Origin: the human T2T-CHM13v2.0 reference genome, Homo sapiens
Length of the DNA stretch: 64,000 nt
NCBI RefSeq assembly: GCF_009914755.1
Contig: NC_060936.1
Strand: one strand, 5' to 3'
In this document: positions 40,502 to 53,790 of the stretch, piece after piece
Numbering within the stretch: position 1 is the first letter of the stretch
How the letters are laid out: every line of letters starts with the position of its first letter
The notes under the pieces: generated by a model
Told to the model about the DNA's origin: nothing
Seen by the model: the letters and a program-made list of their open reading frames with translations, nothing else
Databases searched by the model: none
Position numbers and translations under genes: made by a program

Positions 40502-42687
40502 AAAATATCCCTCAGTATCTATGGAATTAGAACATGTTACATTATTTGAACATTTGATGACACCATGTCATGTCAGTGTGTCCTTTATCTTCTATTATCG
40601 TCTCCTCATCTCTCTGATTGCATCTATTATCACTAACCCAGGGCTCACACACCTCTCAAGATGTTTTCTGGTGTCTGAAATGCAATGATAGTATAAAACA
40701 TATTTGAGAACTTTTTAATGAACCCTTGCATTGCTTGTTCTGAGATGCTGTTTTGAGAGGAGCCCAGCTGCCTACAAGTCTGACCAGAATCCAGGGTTAA
40801 AGCCTGAAGTCTTTCACAGATTCCCTGACCCAGGTGGGAAGGATGCTCCCTATTGAATGAAGCTCCCACCTCACCCTTTGGGCTCCTGCTCTAAGTTTGA
40901 GTGGCTGCCTTGTTCCCATATCCTGTCCCTCTGCATAATATTACTAGAATGAGAAGGAGACAAACCCAACGGCTTAGAACCAAGACTGAAGTTACTCACT
41001 CCAAGTTTCCTTTTCCTTTGACTTGCTCCATCTCCCCTTCATTTTTCTCCAATAGAAAAAAATAAAACAAAACCTTGTTCTGGTCTTATTGTATGAAAGA
41101 AGAGAGAGGGAGGTCATCAGGAAGCAATTCTAACAGAGGAACCAACCTACTTCTTCAGCCAATTAATGCTCTTGTCCTTAATTCTGACTCATCTTTATGG
41201 AGGAGAGGGAAAGAATCTTCAATCTCTATAAATGCCCAAAAGATATATTTGCTTATTTGATGCTTCATGCATTTGTACATTTATTAAAACTCGACATTCT
41301 AAGTACATTAGTACAATCACCAGGCCCAGTAAGCATTGTAGTTAAAGCATGTCAGGGCTGAGTCATTGCCAACCAAAAACTCTTTTGGCAGGAAAAGCCA
41401 ATTTTCAACAGCTCTGACAGTGTAAAGCAGGAGGCATGTTTGACAAGATGCTGCATATTAATTTAAAAGACTTTAGCATCTGGTTAGGTAACACCTGCTG
41501 TGGCAAACACTCCCAGACACACAAAATAGCATTCGAGCTGAATATTTAAATCTCCCAACATAGCTCAACAAAGCTCTAACTCTAAACAAAACAAAACAAA
41601 ACAAAATCACATCTCTAGCAATCAGTTATAATTATATAACCAAAAATATTTGGGCTACAACATTGTTTGCTGTTCACTGAGCTGAAATGCTGTAGTGGGT
41701 GCTATAAAAGTTGTAAAATCTATTGAAACATATTTTCCTGCCTTGAAGAATTTAACTGTGTACAACATTTAAAATTGCACACTGTAGCTCAGAAAATAGC
41801 ACTTTGTGTTATAATATGTTATATCAATATACAGCTAAGAAGTTTATCACTGGGGGGTGGGGGGTGAAAGCATTAAATAACAGAGTAAAAGAAGCAAACC
41901 ATGAGAGAGAAATCTGGAAAGACTCTTCTAGCCACTCTCTCTGTGAAAGTACATCCCAGCCTAAGAATTGTAGTTGTCTGGCAATAGAGGCGTATGAGAG
42001 TTCTGGAATTGTTAGGACACACTAACATGACACGGTGTCATCAAATGTTCAAATAATGTAACATGCTCTAATTCCATAGATACTGAGGGATATTTTTTAA
42101 TTACTCAATTTTTTATGTCATTTACTGTAGAGAAGGAGCTTGCCCTTGTCAGCCTAGTTTGGATACTGGCTCACTTGACAATGCATTTCTCTCTGCAAAT
42201 TTTAAAAACTGACACTTTGATTATTTCTCTATTTACTCGACAAAATTTTATTGGATGCCTAATATGTAGGAGAGCCTGTGAAATTTTTCAGACAATACAA
42301 TGTGTACAATGGTGAAAAAGACATCGTAAATAGAAGTAAGTGAACAATAATTACAATGAAATGTGATAAACGCTGTGATGGGGTTATATCCAGGGTGCCC
42401 CGCATGCACCCCTGTAGGAGGGTATGTGCGTGAAGGGGGCATCTAAGATGAAATGTGAAAAATGAGTAAGAGCCAGGCAAAATGTATGTTGAATGAAAAT
42501 TCTTCCAGATAAAGGGAGCATCATGAGCAACTTTCTAAGATCCAAAAGAGCCTAAGCATACTAAACCTATAAAATTCTTACAGAAATACATAGAGGTAAA
42601 TCTTTGCAATCTTGGATTAGGTAATGGTTTCTTAAATGTGACGCCAAAAGCTCATACAACACAAGTTAAAATAGTCCAGACTCCATA

Positions 42688-43052
42688 TGCTATGACTGAA
42701 TTGTGTCACCAAATGCATATGTTGAAGCCCTAATCCCCAACATGGTGGTATGTGGAGATGGGAACGTTGGGAAATCATTAGGTTTAGATGAAGTCATGAG
42801 TGTAGTGTTCTCCAGCTGGGATTATTTCCCATTTTAGAAGAGGAAGGGACACCAGAGCTCTCTCTCTGCTATGTGAGGGCACAGCGAGAAGGCAGCCATC
42901 TGCAAGCCAGAACGAGGTCTCAGCAGAACCCATCCATGCTGAAACTCTGATCTCAGGTTTCCAGCCTCCAGAACTGCGAGGAAATATATCTTTGTTGATT
43001 AAGCCATCCAGTCTATGGTATTTTGTTATGGAAGCCAGAGTTAATTAATATA
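42688..43052 (+). mobile_element. MLT1A-type (MaLR) solo LTR with 5-bp TSD CCATA
   Basis: tgctatgactgaattgtgtc...ccagcctccagaactg...ttaagccatccagtctatggtattttgttat. CCATA at 42683-42687 and 43053-43057. Confidence 0.9.
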
Positions 43053-43667
43053 CCATAAAGTTAAGATGTTTACACTTCGAGTAGTATCATTAAGAAAGTG
43101 AAAGACAATCCACAGAATGAGACAAAATATGAGCAAACTATATATCTGATAAAGGGCTGGTTGTCAAAATATATAAATAACTATTACAATTCTATAATAA
43201 GAAGACAAATAACCAAATTTATACATGAACAGATAATCTGAATACACAGCTCTCTAAAGATAAGTAGCCAAAAAGCACATGGAAAGCTGTTCCACATCAT
43301 TAATCGTCAGAGAAATGAAAGTCAAAAGCACAGTGAAATACAATTTCACATAACCTAGAATGGCTATAATCAAAAACACAAATAAGCATTGGCAAAGATG
43401 CAGAGGAGCCTCATACACTGCTGGTGGGAGTGTAATATGGTGCAGCCACTTTGCAAAACAGTTTGTCAGTTTCTCAAGCGGTAAAACATAGAGTTATCGT
43501 ATGGTCTAGCAATTTCTCTACTAGGTATATACCCAAGAAAATTGAAAACATATGTCCACACAGAATCTTGTACATGAATGTTCATAGCAGTGTTATTCAT
43601 TATATCTAAAAGGTGGAAACAATCCAAATGTTCAACAGTGGAGGAATGAATTTTTAAAATGCATATA

Positions 43668-44066
43668 CTTTTTTGTTGTTTTATTTCATATCGTTTTATT
43701 TTCTGTGATAAGAACATTTAACATGATATCTGACCTCTTAACAGATTTCTAAGTACACAATACCTAAATTGTAAACCAAAGGCACTATGTTGATCAGTAC
43801 ATGTCTGGAACAAACTCATCTTGCACAATTGTAATTTTATACCCATTGAACAACAGCTACCCACATACCCCTTCCCCCATCTGCTGGTAACCAATGTTCT
43901 GTTGTCTACTTCTATTTCTGTAACTATTTTAGATGCCACATATGTGAGGAATCATGCAGTAGTTGTCCTTCTGTAACTGACTTATTTCCCTCAGCACAAT
44001 GTCTTCCAGGTCCTTTCATGTTGTCACAAATGGTAGGATTTCATTCTTCATTTTTTTGTCTTTCCT

Positions 44067-44101
<35 letters not shown>

Positions 44102-44812
44102 TTTGAGACAGAGTCGTGCTCTGTCTTCCAGGCTGGAATGCAGTGGTATGATCACAACTCACAACTTACTGCATCCTCTACCTCCTGAGCTCAAGGGGAA
44201 TCCTTCCACTTCAGCCTCCAAGGTGGCTGGGACCATAGATACACTCCACTACTCAAAGGTAGTTTTATTTTTATTTATTTATTTATTTATTTTGGTAAAA
44301 AAGAGATCTCCCTATATTTCCCAGGCTGGTCTCGAACTCCTGGGCTCAAGGGATCCTGCTGCTTCAGCCTCCCAAAGTGCTGAGATTTCAGCCATGAGCC
44401 ACAGTGCCTGGCTTGGGTTTCCTTTTTTTTTTTTTCAAGGGTGAATAATTTTCTATTGTTTGAATATATCACACTTTCTTTATCCATTCATCTATTGATG
44501 GACATTTAGGTTGTTTTAATTTCTTGGTTATTCTGAAAAATGTTACAAAGGACCTAGGGGTGCAGATGTTTCTTCAAGATTCTGATTTTAATATCTTTGG
44601 TTATATACCCAGAAGTGGGATTGCTGGATCATATGCTCATCTTATTTTTAATTTTTTTGTGAAACCTCCATACTATTTTCCATAGTGGCTGTACCCTATT
44701 ACATTTCCACCAACAGTGAATATGGGTTTCAATTTCTCCACAACCTTGCCAGCATTTGTTTTCTTTTGCTTTTCATTTTTGAAAATAGCCATTCTAACAG
44801 GTACTAGGTGAC
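43668..44812 (-). mobile_element. L1MA 3' fragment
   Basis: aagaacatttaacatgatatctgacctcttaacagatttctaagtacacaatac...tatacccagaagtgggattgctggatcatatg...tagccattctaacaggt. Confidence 0.8.
44066..44413 (-). mobile_element. AluJ with (TTTA)n arrays in both tail and linker
   Basis: J-type ctcctgggctcaagggatcc; (ttta) runs at 44066-44104 and about 44265-44292. Confidence 0.92.
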
Positions 44813-46074
44813 ATAAGGAAATTTTTGAGGTGATGAACATGTTTATTACCTGAATTCCATTGTGGTGATTGTAACATGAGTATATACATATGTCCAACCT
44901 CACAAAATTGTATACATTAATTATATGAAGAGTTTTTTTAAACAAATACACACAAGGAAATATTATTCAACAATAAAAAGAAATGTAGTATACATGCTAT
45001 AATATGGATGCTCCTTGAAAAATATGCTAAGTTAAAGAAGCCAGTCACAAAGGACCATATTGTTGTATGATCCTCTTAATATTTAATGTCCAGAATAGGC
45101 AAATATACAGAAACAGAAAATGAATTAGTGGTTACCTAGGGCTAGGGGAGTTGGAGAGATTGGAGGAGGTGAGAGCTAAGGAGCTCTGGATTTCCTTCTG
45201 GGGTAACAAAAATATTCCAAAATTAATTGTGATGAGGATGCACAATTTTGCGAATATACTAAATGCCAATGAATTGCATTTTTAATGGCTGAATAAAATG
45301 GTATGTGTTGTTGCAATAAAGCTGTTTAAATAACAGTAGTTCAGTTTGGATGGAATGGAGGGTAAGCTATGTTAGTTATTTTGGTCTTTGGTAAAAGGCA
45401 ATAATGGGCACCATGGAAGGAATTTAGGCAGGTGAATGACATTATTAACTTTATCTTCCTTATTATTAGTTTAGCAACCACTCAAGGAAATTTAAAACAC
45501 TAAATTTCTGGACTTGCCAGACTAAGGGCCAGACTCTGGACCTCACCAAATTCATCAAGGTAATGTAACCCTGAAATATTCTTTTTAGTAACCAGTATGC
45601 TTGTGGACACTTAATTCTTTTAACATCAATAGCATTTATTGATTGTTGCCATTGGACCCATCCTTATGACCATCTTAACATCTCCTTCCCCAGCAAAAAA
45701 CAAAACAAAACAGAACAAAAAAAACTAAAAACAAATAATGCTTCACATTAAAAATATGCCATTTTCTCTCCTGTTCCTAGGGGACTTCCCTTGCTATGAG
45801 TATCTTGCTGGTCAGTAGAAGCAGAAAGAATCTCAGATGACTCTGCTTTCTTGGGAAGCACTTTGTAAAATACAATTTTCAAAAAGAAAAAATATATAAA
45901 ATTACTCACATATTATCTTAATCTTTGCAATTATTCATAAGCAGTTTGCAAAGACTCATAGTAGGAATAACTCTTGAATTCTCTCTATCCTGTAGCTATT
46001 TACTCATTTATGGAACAAGCCTTGTAAGTATTGAATTGCTACAGAAACATATATGTACATAAAACTGCATGTAG

Positions 46075-46434
<360 letters not shown>

Positions 46435-47086
46435 TTATACCATCTTCCTACAGCTTCATCAGATAAACCACATGTGTGATAACACTCTGTACTCCTTCGC
46501 CTGAGACATGAAATTATCATGACATTTTTCCTGAAGCAGCCGCATAATATTCCTTGATGCTGGACTTTAGGCAGCAACTACTTAATAACCCAAACTGGCA
46601 CCCAAGATGAATTTTATTGGCCATGCTGTTCTGGAATTGTAAATTTTTTACATCTCCTTCAAAATATAAAGTATAGATCATAGTCCAAGTTAGAAAAATA
46701 TCCTACCAAAAATTGTCCAACTGCAGAACCATGACTTTGCTTATTATTTACTTATATCAATAAATTACATTAGAATGATTGACTGTTGTCCATGTTATGC
46801 ACAGAAATCAACATAAGATAATCACCTTATTTGACTGCAGGGCCATAGCATTCCTTACTCATTTTTATTTATGTAATAAATAATGTTACCTGGGAAAATG
46901 GAAAAACGGCTATGTGTCAAAGTGTGTATTCAGATGTTCTTTCTTCTCACATTTTTCTTTAACAATATATTTCAAGAGAAAGACTATATTTCAAGTAAGA
47001 ACTCCAATCTTTTTTTAATAGGAAAAAATGTTTAACACCAAGGTAGGAAAATATTCTCAACATTTCCTTCGTGTAGAATTGTATTC

Positions 47087-47540
<454 letters not shown>

Positions 47541-48658
47541 CTCTTGTGGAGTTTAAAATTTTTCTTTTAAACAATCCCAAATTTGTAAATACATACTAGC
47601 ACCAGTATCATTTTGTTATAACTTAACTGCTGTGAAATATAATTATTACTTTTTGACTGTATTCTTTAAAAATCCTGTAATACACTTCATAAGCAAAAAT
47701 TGTTATTATTTCTAAATGTTTTTCCATGAATTAAAGAAGGTTTAGCCTTCTTCTAATGAACTATAAGTTTGCTAATTTTGCCCTATTGTTTTGTATAGAT
47801 CACTCTTAGAATCATTTAGGTGATAAAGTCACTAGCAGATACAAAAGAGGGACTCTGACTGACTGAAAAATCTAGATAGATGTTGAAAATGTGAATTATT
47901 TATAATAGAATAATACACAACACAAAAATAAAATGGTATTTTAAGATTAATGAGATTTCTAGGTGAATTATTTCCAATTTTAATTATTCATACTACTCTT
48001 TCTTTGATTTTTGTTAGTAATCTTGGATAGTCAATCTTCAGATCCCACTAAGACAGAACACTAGAAGCTTTAATTCTATTCTGTCATACAAACCTCTGTA
48101 TCTAGATGATAAACTCTGTGAGAACCAGAACTAAAACTTTCTGGCCTTCGTTATTTTGCCAGCTCCTTACATAGGGCCTGAAATAGAGACTGTGTATTTG
48201 TTAAAGGACCATGGTAAAAGGATCACATTTAGTAACTAAAGTTTGATGCAGATTAGTAAGCATTTTTATTTAAGTAAAAATAAGAACAAAAAATTTGTTC
48301 CTGATAAACCTATTGGTGAATGAATCTTAAAACATGGCATATATGTTTCATTATTTTAAAACTGTTATTCTGTAAACATTTTAAACTTATTTTATATAAT
48401 GTGTTTTATAATTTTAAAATTCGAGAATACAATTTGCTATTTATTATTTCTCCTGATTCTAGCACAAGGAAACATAGTTCTTCCCGTGATTTTAAATATT
48501 GACTTGCAAGCTCATATTTGGTTATTTTAATCCGTTGAGATTTCTTCTGTAATGTCCACCTGAAGGCACTTCAGAGAGAATATATATTTTCCTTCTGCTA
48601 GGCACTATGAATCAAGGACTACTTTAAGTTGAAAGGGTTAAAAATGTGAACGCTGATC

Positions 48659-48899
48659 TTTTTGTTATTGTTGTTGTTTTGAGACGAGTCTCCTTCTGTC
48701 GCCCAGGCTGGAGTGTAGTGGCGCGATCTCGGCTCACTGCAAGCTCCGCCTCCTGAGTTCATGCCATTCTCCTTCTCAGCCTCCAGAGTAGCTGGGACTA
48801 CAGGTGCCCGCCACCAAGGCCGGCTAATTCTTTGTATTTTTAGTAGAGACGGGGTTTCACCTTGTTAGCCAGGATGGTCTCAATCACCTGACCTTGTGA
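48659..48899 (-). mobile_element. 5'-truncated AluY
   Basis: gcaagctccgcctcc...gccattct diagnostics. Ends at gaccttgtga. TSD-like tgatcttttt / cgatcatttt. Confidence 0.92.
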
Positions 48900-49579
48900 C
48901 GATCATTTTTAAGGACAGCAATGTGGTAACTTTTTATTGTCCCTCCACCTTAGCTCAAGCTTATATTAATGGTCAAACTGATGTCTTTTTGTTGATGATA
49001 AGTTTCTTCTAGGCTAGTCTATGTCTTTCAGAGTGAAGCTCCTCAGAGGCTCTGGACTTATGCTGAAGTTTTAGTTTGACCTCCTTTCATTCCTCAAGTT
49101 TCTAGTTCCTGGAATCAGCAAATATCTACAGGGTGCTCCAGCTTTCAGAATACACTCTGCTGGTTTTTAATGATTTGGTTTTTCATGAAAGTGATGTTGA
49201 GAGTTTAAAAGCATTTGTGTTGCATTTAGTCTAGGTTTTTGTAGTGAGAAGTCTTTCAGACTTTCCTATTTGCCACACAGTCTAAAGCAGAAGTTGAATA
49301 TGATGAAATATTTATAGATGTTAAGCTCCAATACTGAATATTAAAAGCAATTCAAGCCATTGCAGAATCATCCCTGAAAATTTGTATTTATTTTCTCTCT
49401 GCCAGTTACCTAGTTTGTGAGACACATGATTAAATGTGACATAAAAATTAAGTTCATAAAGAAAAATACAATAAATCTATATTTATATCACATAAATATG
49501 AACTGTAAAATAATTCAGTCAACTAAAACAGATTCACATTTCAATAGTGAAAGTGCTCTCTGTTAAGAAGTTTGGTCTG

Positions 49580-50185
49580 CATTGTGGAAGACAGTGTGGC
49601 AATTCCTCAAAGACCTAGAACCAGAAATACCATTTGACCCAGCAATCCAATTACTGGGTATATACCCAAAGGAATATAAACCATTCTATTTTAAAGATAC
49701 ATGCACACGAGTGTTCATTGCAGCAGTATTCACAACAGCAAAGACATGGAACCAACTCAATGCCTATCAATGATAGACTGGATAAAGAAAATGTGGTGCA
49801 TAAACACCATGGAATAGTATGCATCCATAAAAAGGAACGAGATCATGTCCTTTGCAGGGACATGGATGAAGCTGGAAGCCATTATCCACAGCAAGCTAAC
49901 CCAGGAACAGAAAACCAAACACTACATGTTCTCACTGATATGTGGGAGCTGAACAATGAGAACACATGGACACAGGGAGGGGAACACACATTGGAGCCTG
50001 TCTGGGTGGTAGCGGGGGAAGGGAGAGCATCAGGAAAAATAGCTAATGTATGCTGTGCTTAATACTTAGGTGATGGGTTGATGGGGGCAGCTAACCACCA
50101 CAGCACACATTTACCTATGTAACAAACGTGCACTTACTGTACATGTACCCTGGAACTTAAAATAAAATTTAAAAAAAGAAAAAAA
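49580..50185 (+). mobile_element. 5'-truncated older L1PA (about PA11-13) 3' end
   Basis: ORF2 end ([21 protein letters not shown]), 3' UTR gggagagcatcaggaaaaatagctaatg, A-rich tail. Diverged TSD aagaagtttggtctg (49565-49579) / aggaaatttagtctg (50186-50200). Confidence 0.93.
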
Positions 50186-50420
50186 AGGAAATTTAGTCTG
50201 AAGAAGAAAGACAAAACCTCAGGATTGAGAGGAAAGGAGGAGAGAGAGCTACTTTCAATTATTTGAAAAGGCTTTCACCTGGAAAGCCTTTGACAAAGTT
50301 CCTTTGACAGAGAATGATTATGAAGAAGTCAGGAAAACATATTTTTACAAAATGATATATTCCACCATTTGTTCATTGAATATTTTGAAAGTGATGGCCA
50401 TGTGTGAAAATCTGTGCTGG

Positions 50421-53400
50421 TCTTGTGCCGGTCTTCAAAGGGAATGCTTCCAGCTTTTGCCCATTCTGTATGATATTGGCTGTGGGTTTGTCATAAATCG
50501 CTTGTATTATTTTGAGATCCATTCCATCAGTACTTAGTTTATTGAGAGTTTTTAGTATGAAGGAATGTTGAATTTTATCGAAGGCCTTTTCTGCTTCTAT
50601 TGAGATAATCATGTAGTTTTTGTCATTGGTTCTGTTTATGTGATGAATTACATTTATTGATTTGCATATGTTGAACCAGCCTTGCATCCTAGGGGTGAAG
50701 CCGACTTGATCGTGGTGGATAAGCTTTTTGATATGCTGCTAGATTCAGTTTGCCAGTATTTTATTGAGGATTTTCGCATTGATGTTCATCAGGAATATTG
50801 GCCTGAAATTTTTTTTTTTTTTAATTGTTGGATCTCTGCCAGGTTTTGGTATCAGGATGATGCTGGCCTCATAAAATGAGTTAGGGAGGAGTCCCTCTTT
50901 TTCTATTGTTTGGAATAGTTTCAGAAGGGATGGTACCAGCTCCTCTTTGTACCTCTGGTGGAATTCGGCTGTGAATCCATCTTGTCCTGGGCTTTTTTTG
51001 GTTGGTAGGCTATTAATTACTGCCTCAATTTCAGATCTTGTTATATGTCTATTCAGGGATTCGACTTCTTCTTAGGTTAGTCTTCGGAGGGTGTATATGT
51101 CCAGGAATTTACCCATTTCTTCTAGATTTTCTAGTTTATTTGCATAGAGATGTTTATAGTATTCTCTGACGGTAGTTTGTATTTCTGTGGGATCAGTACT
51201 GATATCTCCTTTATCATTTTTTTTATTGTGTCTATTTGATTCTTCTCTCTTTTCTTCTTTATTAGTCTGGCTAGCAGTCTATCTATTTTGTTAATCTTTT
51301 CAAAAAACCACATTCTGGATTCATTGATTTTTTTGAAGGATTTTACGTCTCTATCCCTTCAGATCTGCTCTGATCTTAGTTATTTCTTGTCTTCTGCTAG
51401 GTTTTGAATTTGTTTGATCCTGCTTCTCTGGTTCTTTTAATTGTGATTTTAGGTTGTTCATTTTAGATTTTAGATCTTTCCTGCTTTCTCCTGTGGACAT
51501 TTAATGCTATAAATTTCCCTCTAAACACTGCTTTAGCTGTGTCCCAGATATTCTGCTACATTGTGTCTTTGTTCTTATTGGTTTCAAAGAACTTATTTAT
51601 TTCTGCCTTAATTTCATTATTTACCTAGTAGTCATTCAGGAGCAGGTTATCCAGTTTCCATGTAGTTGTGTGGTTTTAAGTCAGTTTCTTAATCCTGAGT
51701 TCTAATTTAATTGCACTGTGGTCTGAGAGACGGTTTGTTATGATTTCCTTTCTTTTGCATTATCTGAGGAGTGTTTTACTTCCAATTATGTGGTCAATTT
51801 TAGAATAAGTGCGATGTGGTGCTGAGAAGAATGTATATTCTGTTGATTCGGAGTGGAGAGTTCTGTGGATGTCTATTGAGTCCACTTGGTCCAGAGCTGA
51901 ATTCAAGTCCTGAATATCCTTATTAATTTTCTGTCTCATTGAGCTATTTAATATTGACAGTGGGGTGTTAAGGTCTCCCACTATTACTGTGTGGGAGTCT
52001 AAGTCTCTTTCTAGGTCTCTAAGAACTTGCTGTATAAATCTGGGTGCTCCTGTATTGGGTCCATATATATTTAGGATAGTTAGCTCTACTTGTTGCATTG
52101 ATCCCTTTACCAGTATGTAATGGCCTTCTTTGTCTTTTTTGATCTTTGTTGGTTTAAAGTCTGTTTTATCAGAGACCAGGATTGCAACCCCTGCTTTTTT
52201 GTTTGTTTGTTTGTTTCCACTTGCTTGGTAAATATTCCTCCGTCCCTTTATTTTCAGCCTATGTGTGTATTTGCATGTGAGATGGTTCTCCTGAATACAG
52301 CACACCGATAGGTCTTGACTCTTTATCCAATTTGCCAGTCTGTATCTTTTAACTGGGGCATTTAGCCTTTACATTTAAGGTTAATATTTTCACGTGTGAA
52401 TTTAATCTTGTCATTATGATGCTAGCTGGTTATTTTGCCCATTAGTTGATGCAGTTTCTTCATAGAGTCGATGGTCTTTACAATTTGGTATGTTTTTGCA
52501 GTGGCTGATACTGGTTTTTCCTTTCCATATTTAGTGCTTCCTTCAGGAGCGCTTGTAAGGCAGGCCTGGTGGTGACAAAATCTCTCAGCATTTGCTTGTC
52601 TGTAAAGGATTTTATTTTTCCTTTGCTTATGAAGCTTAGTTTGACTGAATATGAAATCTGGGTTGAAAATTCTTTTCTTTAAGAATGTTGAATATTGGCC
52701 TCCACTCTTCTGCAGAGAGATCCGTGGTTAGTCTGATGGACTTCCCTTTGTGGGTAACCCGACATTTTTCTCTGGCTGCCCTTAACATTTTTTCTTTCAT
52801 TTCAACCTTGGTGAATCTGATGATTATGTGTCTTGGGGTTGCTCTTCTCGAGGAGTCTCTTTGTGTTGTTCTCTGCATTTCCTGAATTTGAATGTTTGGC
52901 CTGTCTTGCTAGGTTGGGGAAGTTCTCCTGGATAGTATCCTGACGAGTATTTTCCAACTTAGTTCCATTCTCCCCATCACTTTCAGGTACACCAATCAAA
53001 CGTAGGTTTGGTCTTTTCACATAGTCCCATATTTCTTGGAGGCTTTGTTTGTTGCTTTTCTTTCTTTTTTTCTCTAATCTTGTCTTCACACTTTATTTCA
53101 TTAAGTTAATCTTCAATCTCTGATGTCCTTTCTTCCACTTGATCGATTTCACTATTGATACTTGTGTATGCTTCATGAAGTACTCGTGTTGTGTTTTTTA
53201 GCTCCATCAGGTCATTTATGTTCTTCTCTAAACTGGTCGTTTTAGTTAGCAATTCCTCTAACCTTTTTTCAAGGTTCTTAGCTTCCTTGTATGGGGTTGG
53301 AACATGATGCTTTATCTCAGAGGAGTTTGTTATTACCCACCTTCTGAAGCCTACTTCTGTCAATTCATCAAACTCATTATCTGTCCAGTTTTATTCCCTT

Positions 53401-53790
53401 GCTGGTAAGGAGCTGTGATCCTTTGGAGGAGAAGAGACATATTGGTTTTGGGAATATTCAGTCTTTTTGCACTTTTTTCCTCATCTTCGTGGATTTATCT
53501 ACCTTTGGTCTTTGATGTTGGTGACCTTCGGATGGGGTTTCTGTGTGGATGTCCTTTTTGTTGATGTTGATGCTCTTCCTTTGTATTTGTTAGTTTTCCT
53601 TCTAACAGTCAGGCCCCTCTGCTGCAGGTCTGCTTGAGTTTGCTAGAAGTCCACTCCAGACCCTGTTTGCCTGGGTATCACCAGAGGAGGCTGCAGACAG
53701 CAAAGATTGCTGCCTGTTCCTTCATCTGGAAGCTTCCTCCCAGAGGGGCACCTACCAGATGCCAGCCAGAGCTCAGCTGTATGAGGTGTG
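50421..53790 (-). mobile_element. Inverted 5' part of an L1PA (about PA7-8): partial 5' UTR, ORF1, and ORF2 endonuclease to mid-RT
   Basis: Track ORFs 53106, 52802 and 52636 are ORF1p pieces (YVKRPNLRLIGVPESDGENG, RATPRHIIIRFTKVEMKEKMLRAAREK). 51760 is the APE endonuclease (AGVAILVSDKTDFK, SKIDHI). 50373 is RT ([17 protein letters not shown]). Many stops and frameshifts. Confidence 0.96.

Larger units (their letters stand above)
42560..45330 (+). mobile_element. Old L1MB-like 3' portion, interrupted by an MLT1A LTR and by an antisense L1MA that carries an AluJ
   Basis: L1M motifs (ctggtgggagtgtaatatggtgcagccactttg; gttcatagcagtgttattc; gaaatattattcaacaataaaaag; gtccagaataggcaaat; caataaagctgtt). 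Collinearity breaks near 43668 and resumes near 44948. Confidence 0.8.

Noticed and set aside
51760-52305. Longest ORF in the track (181 aa), endonuclease-like
   Set aside because: It is the L1 ORF2p APE domain in a frameshifted, inverted, promoter-less L1, not a novel nuclease gene.
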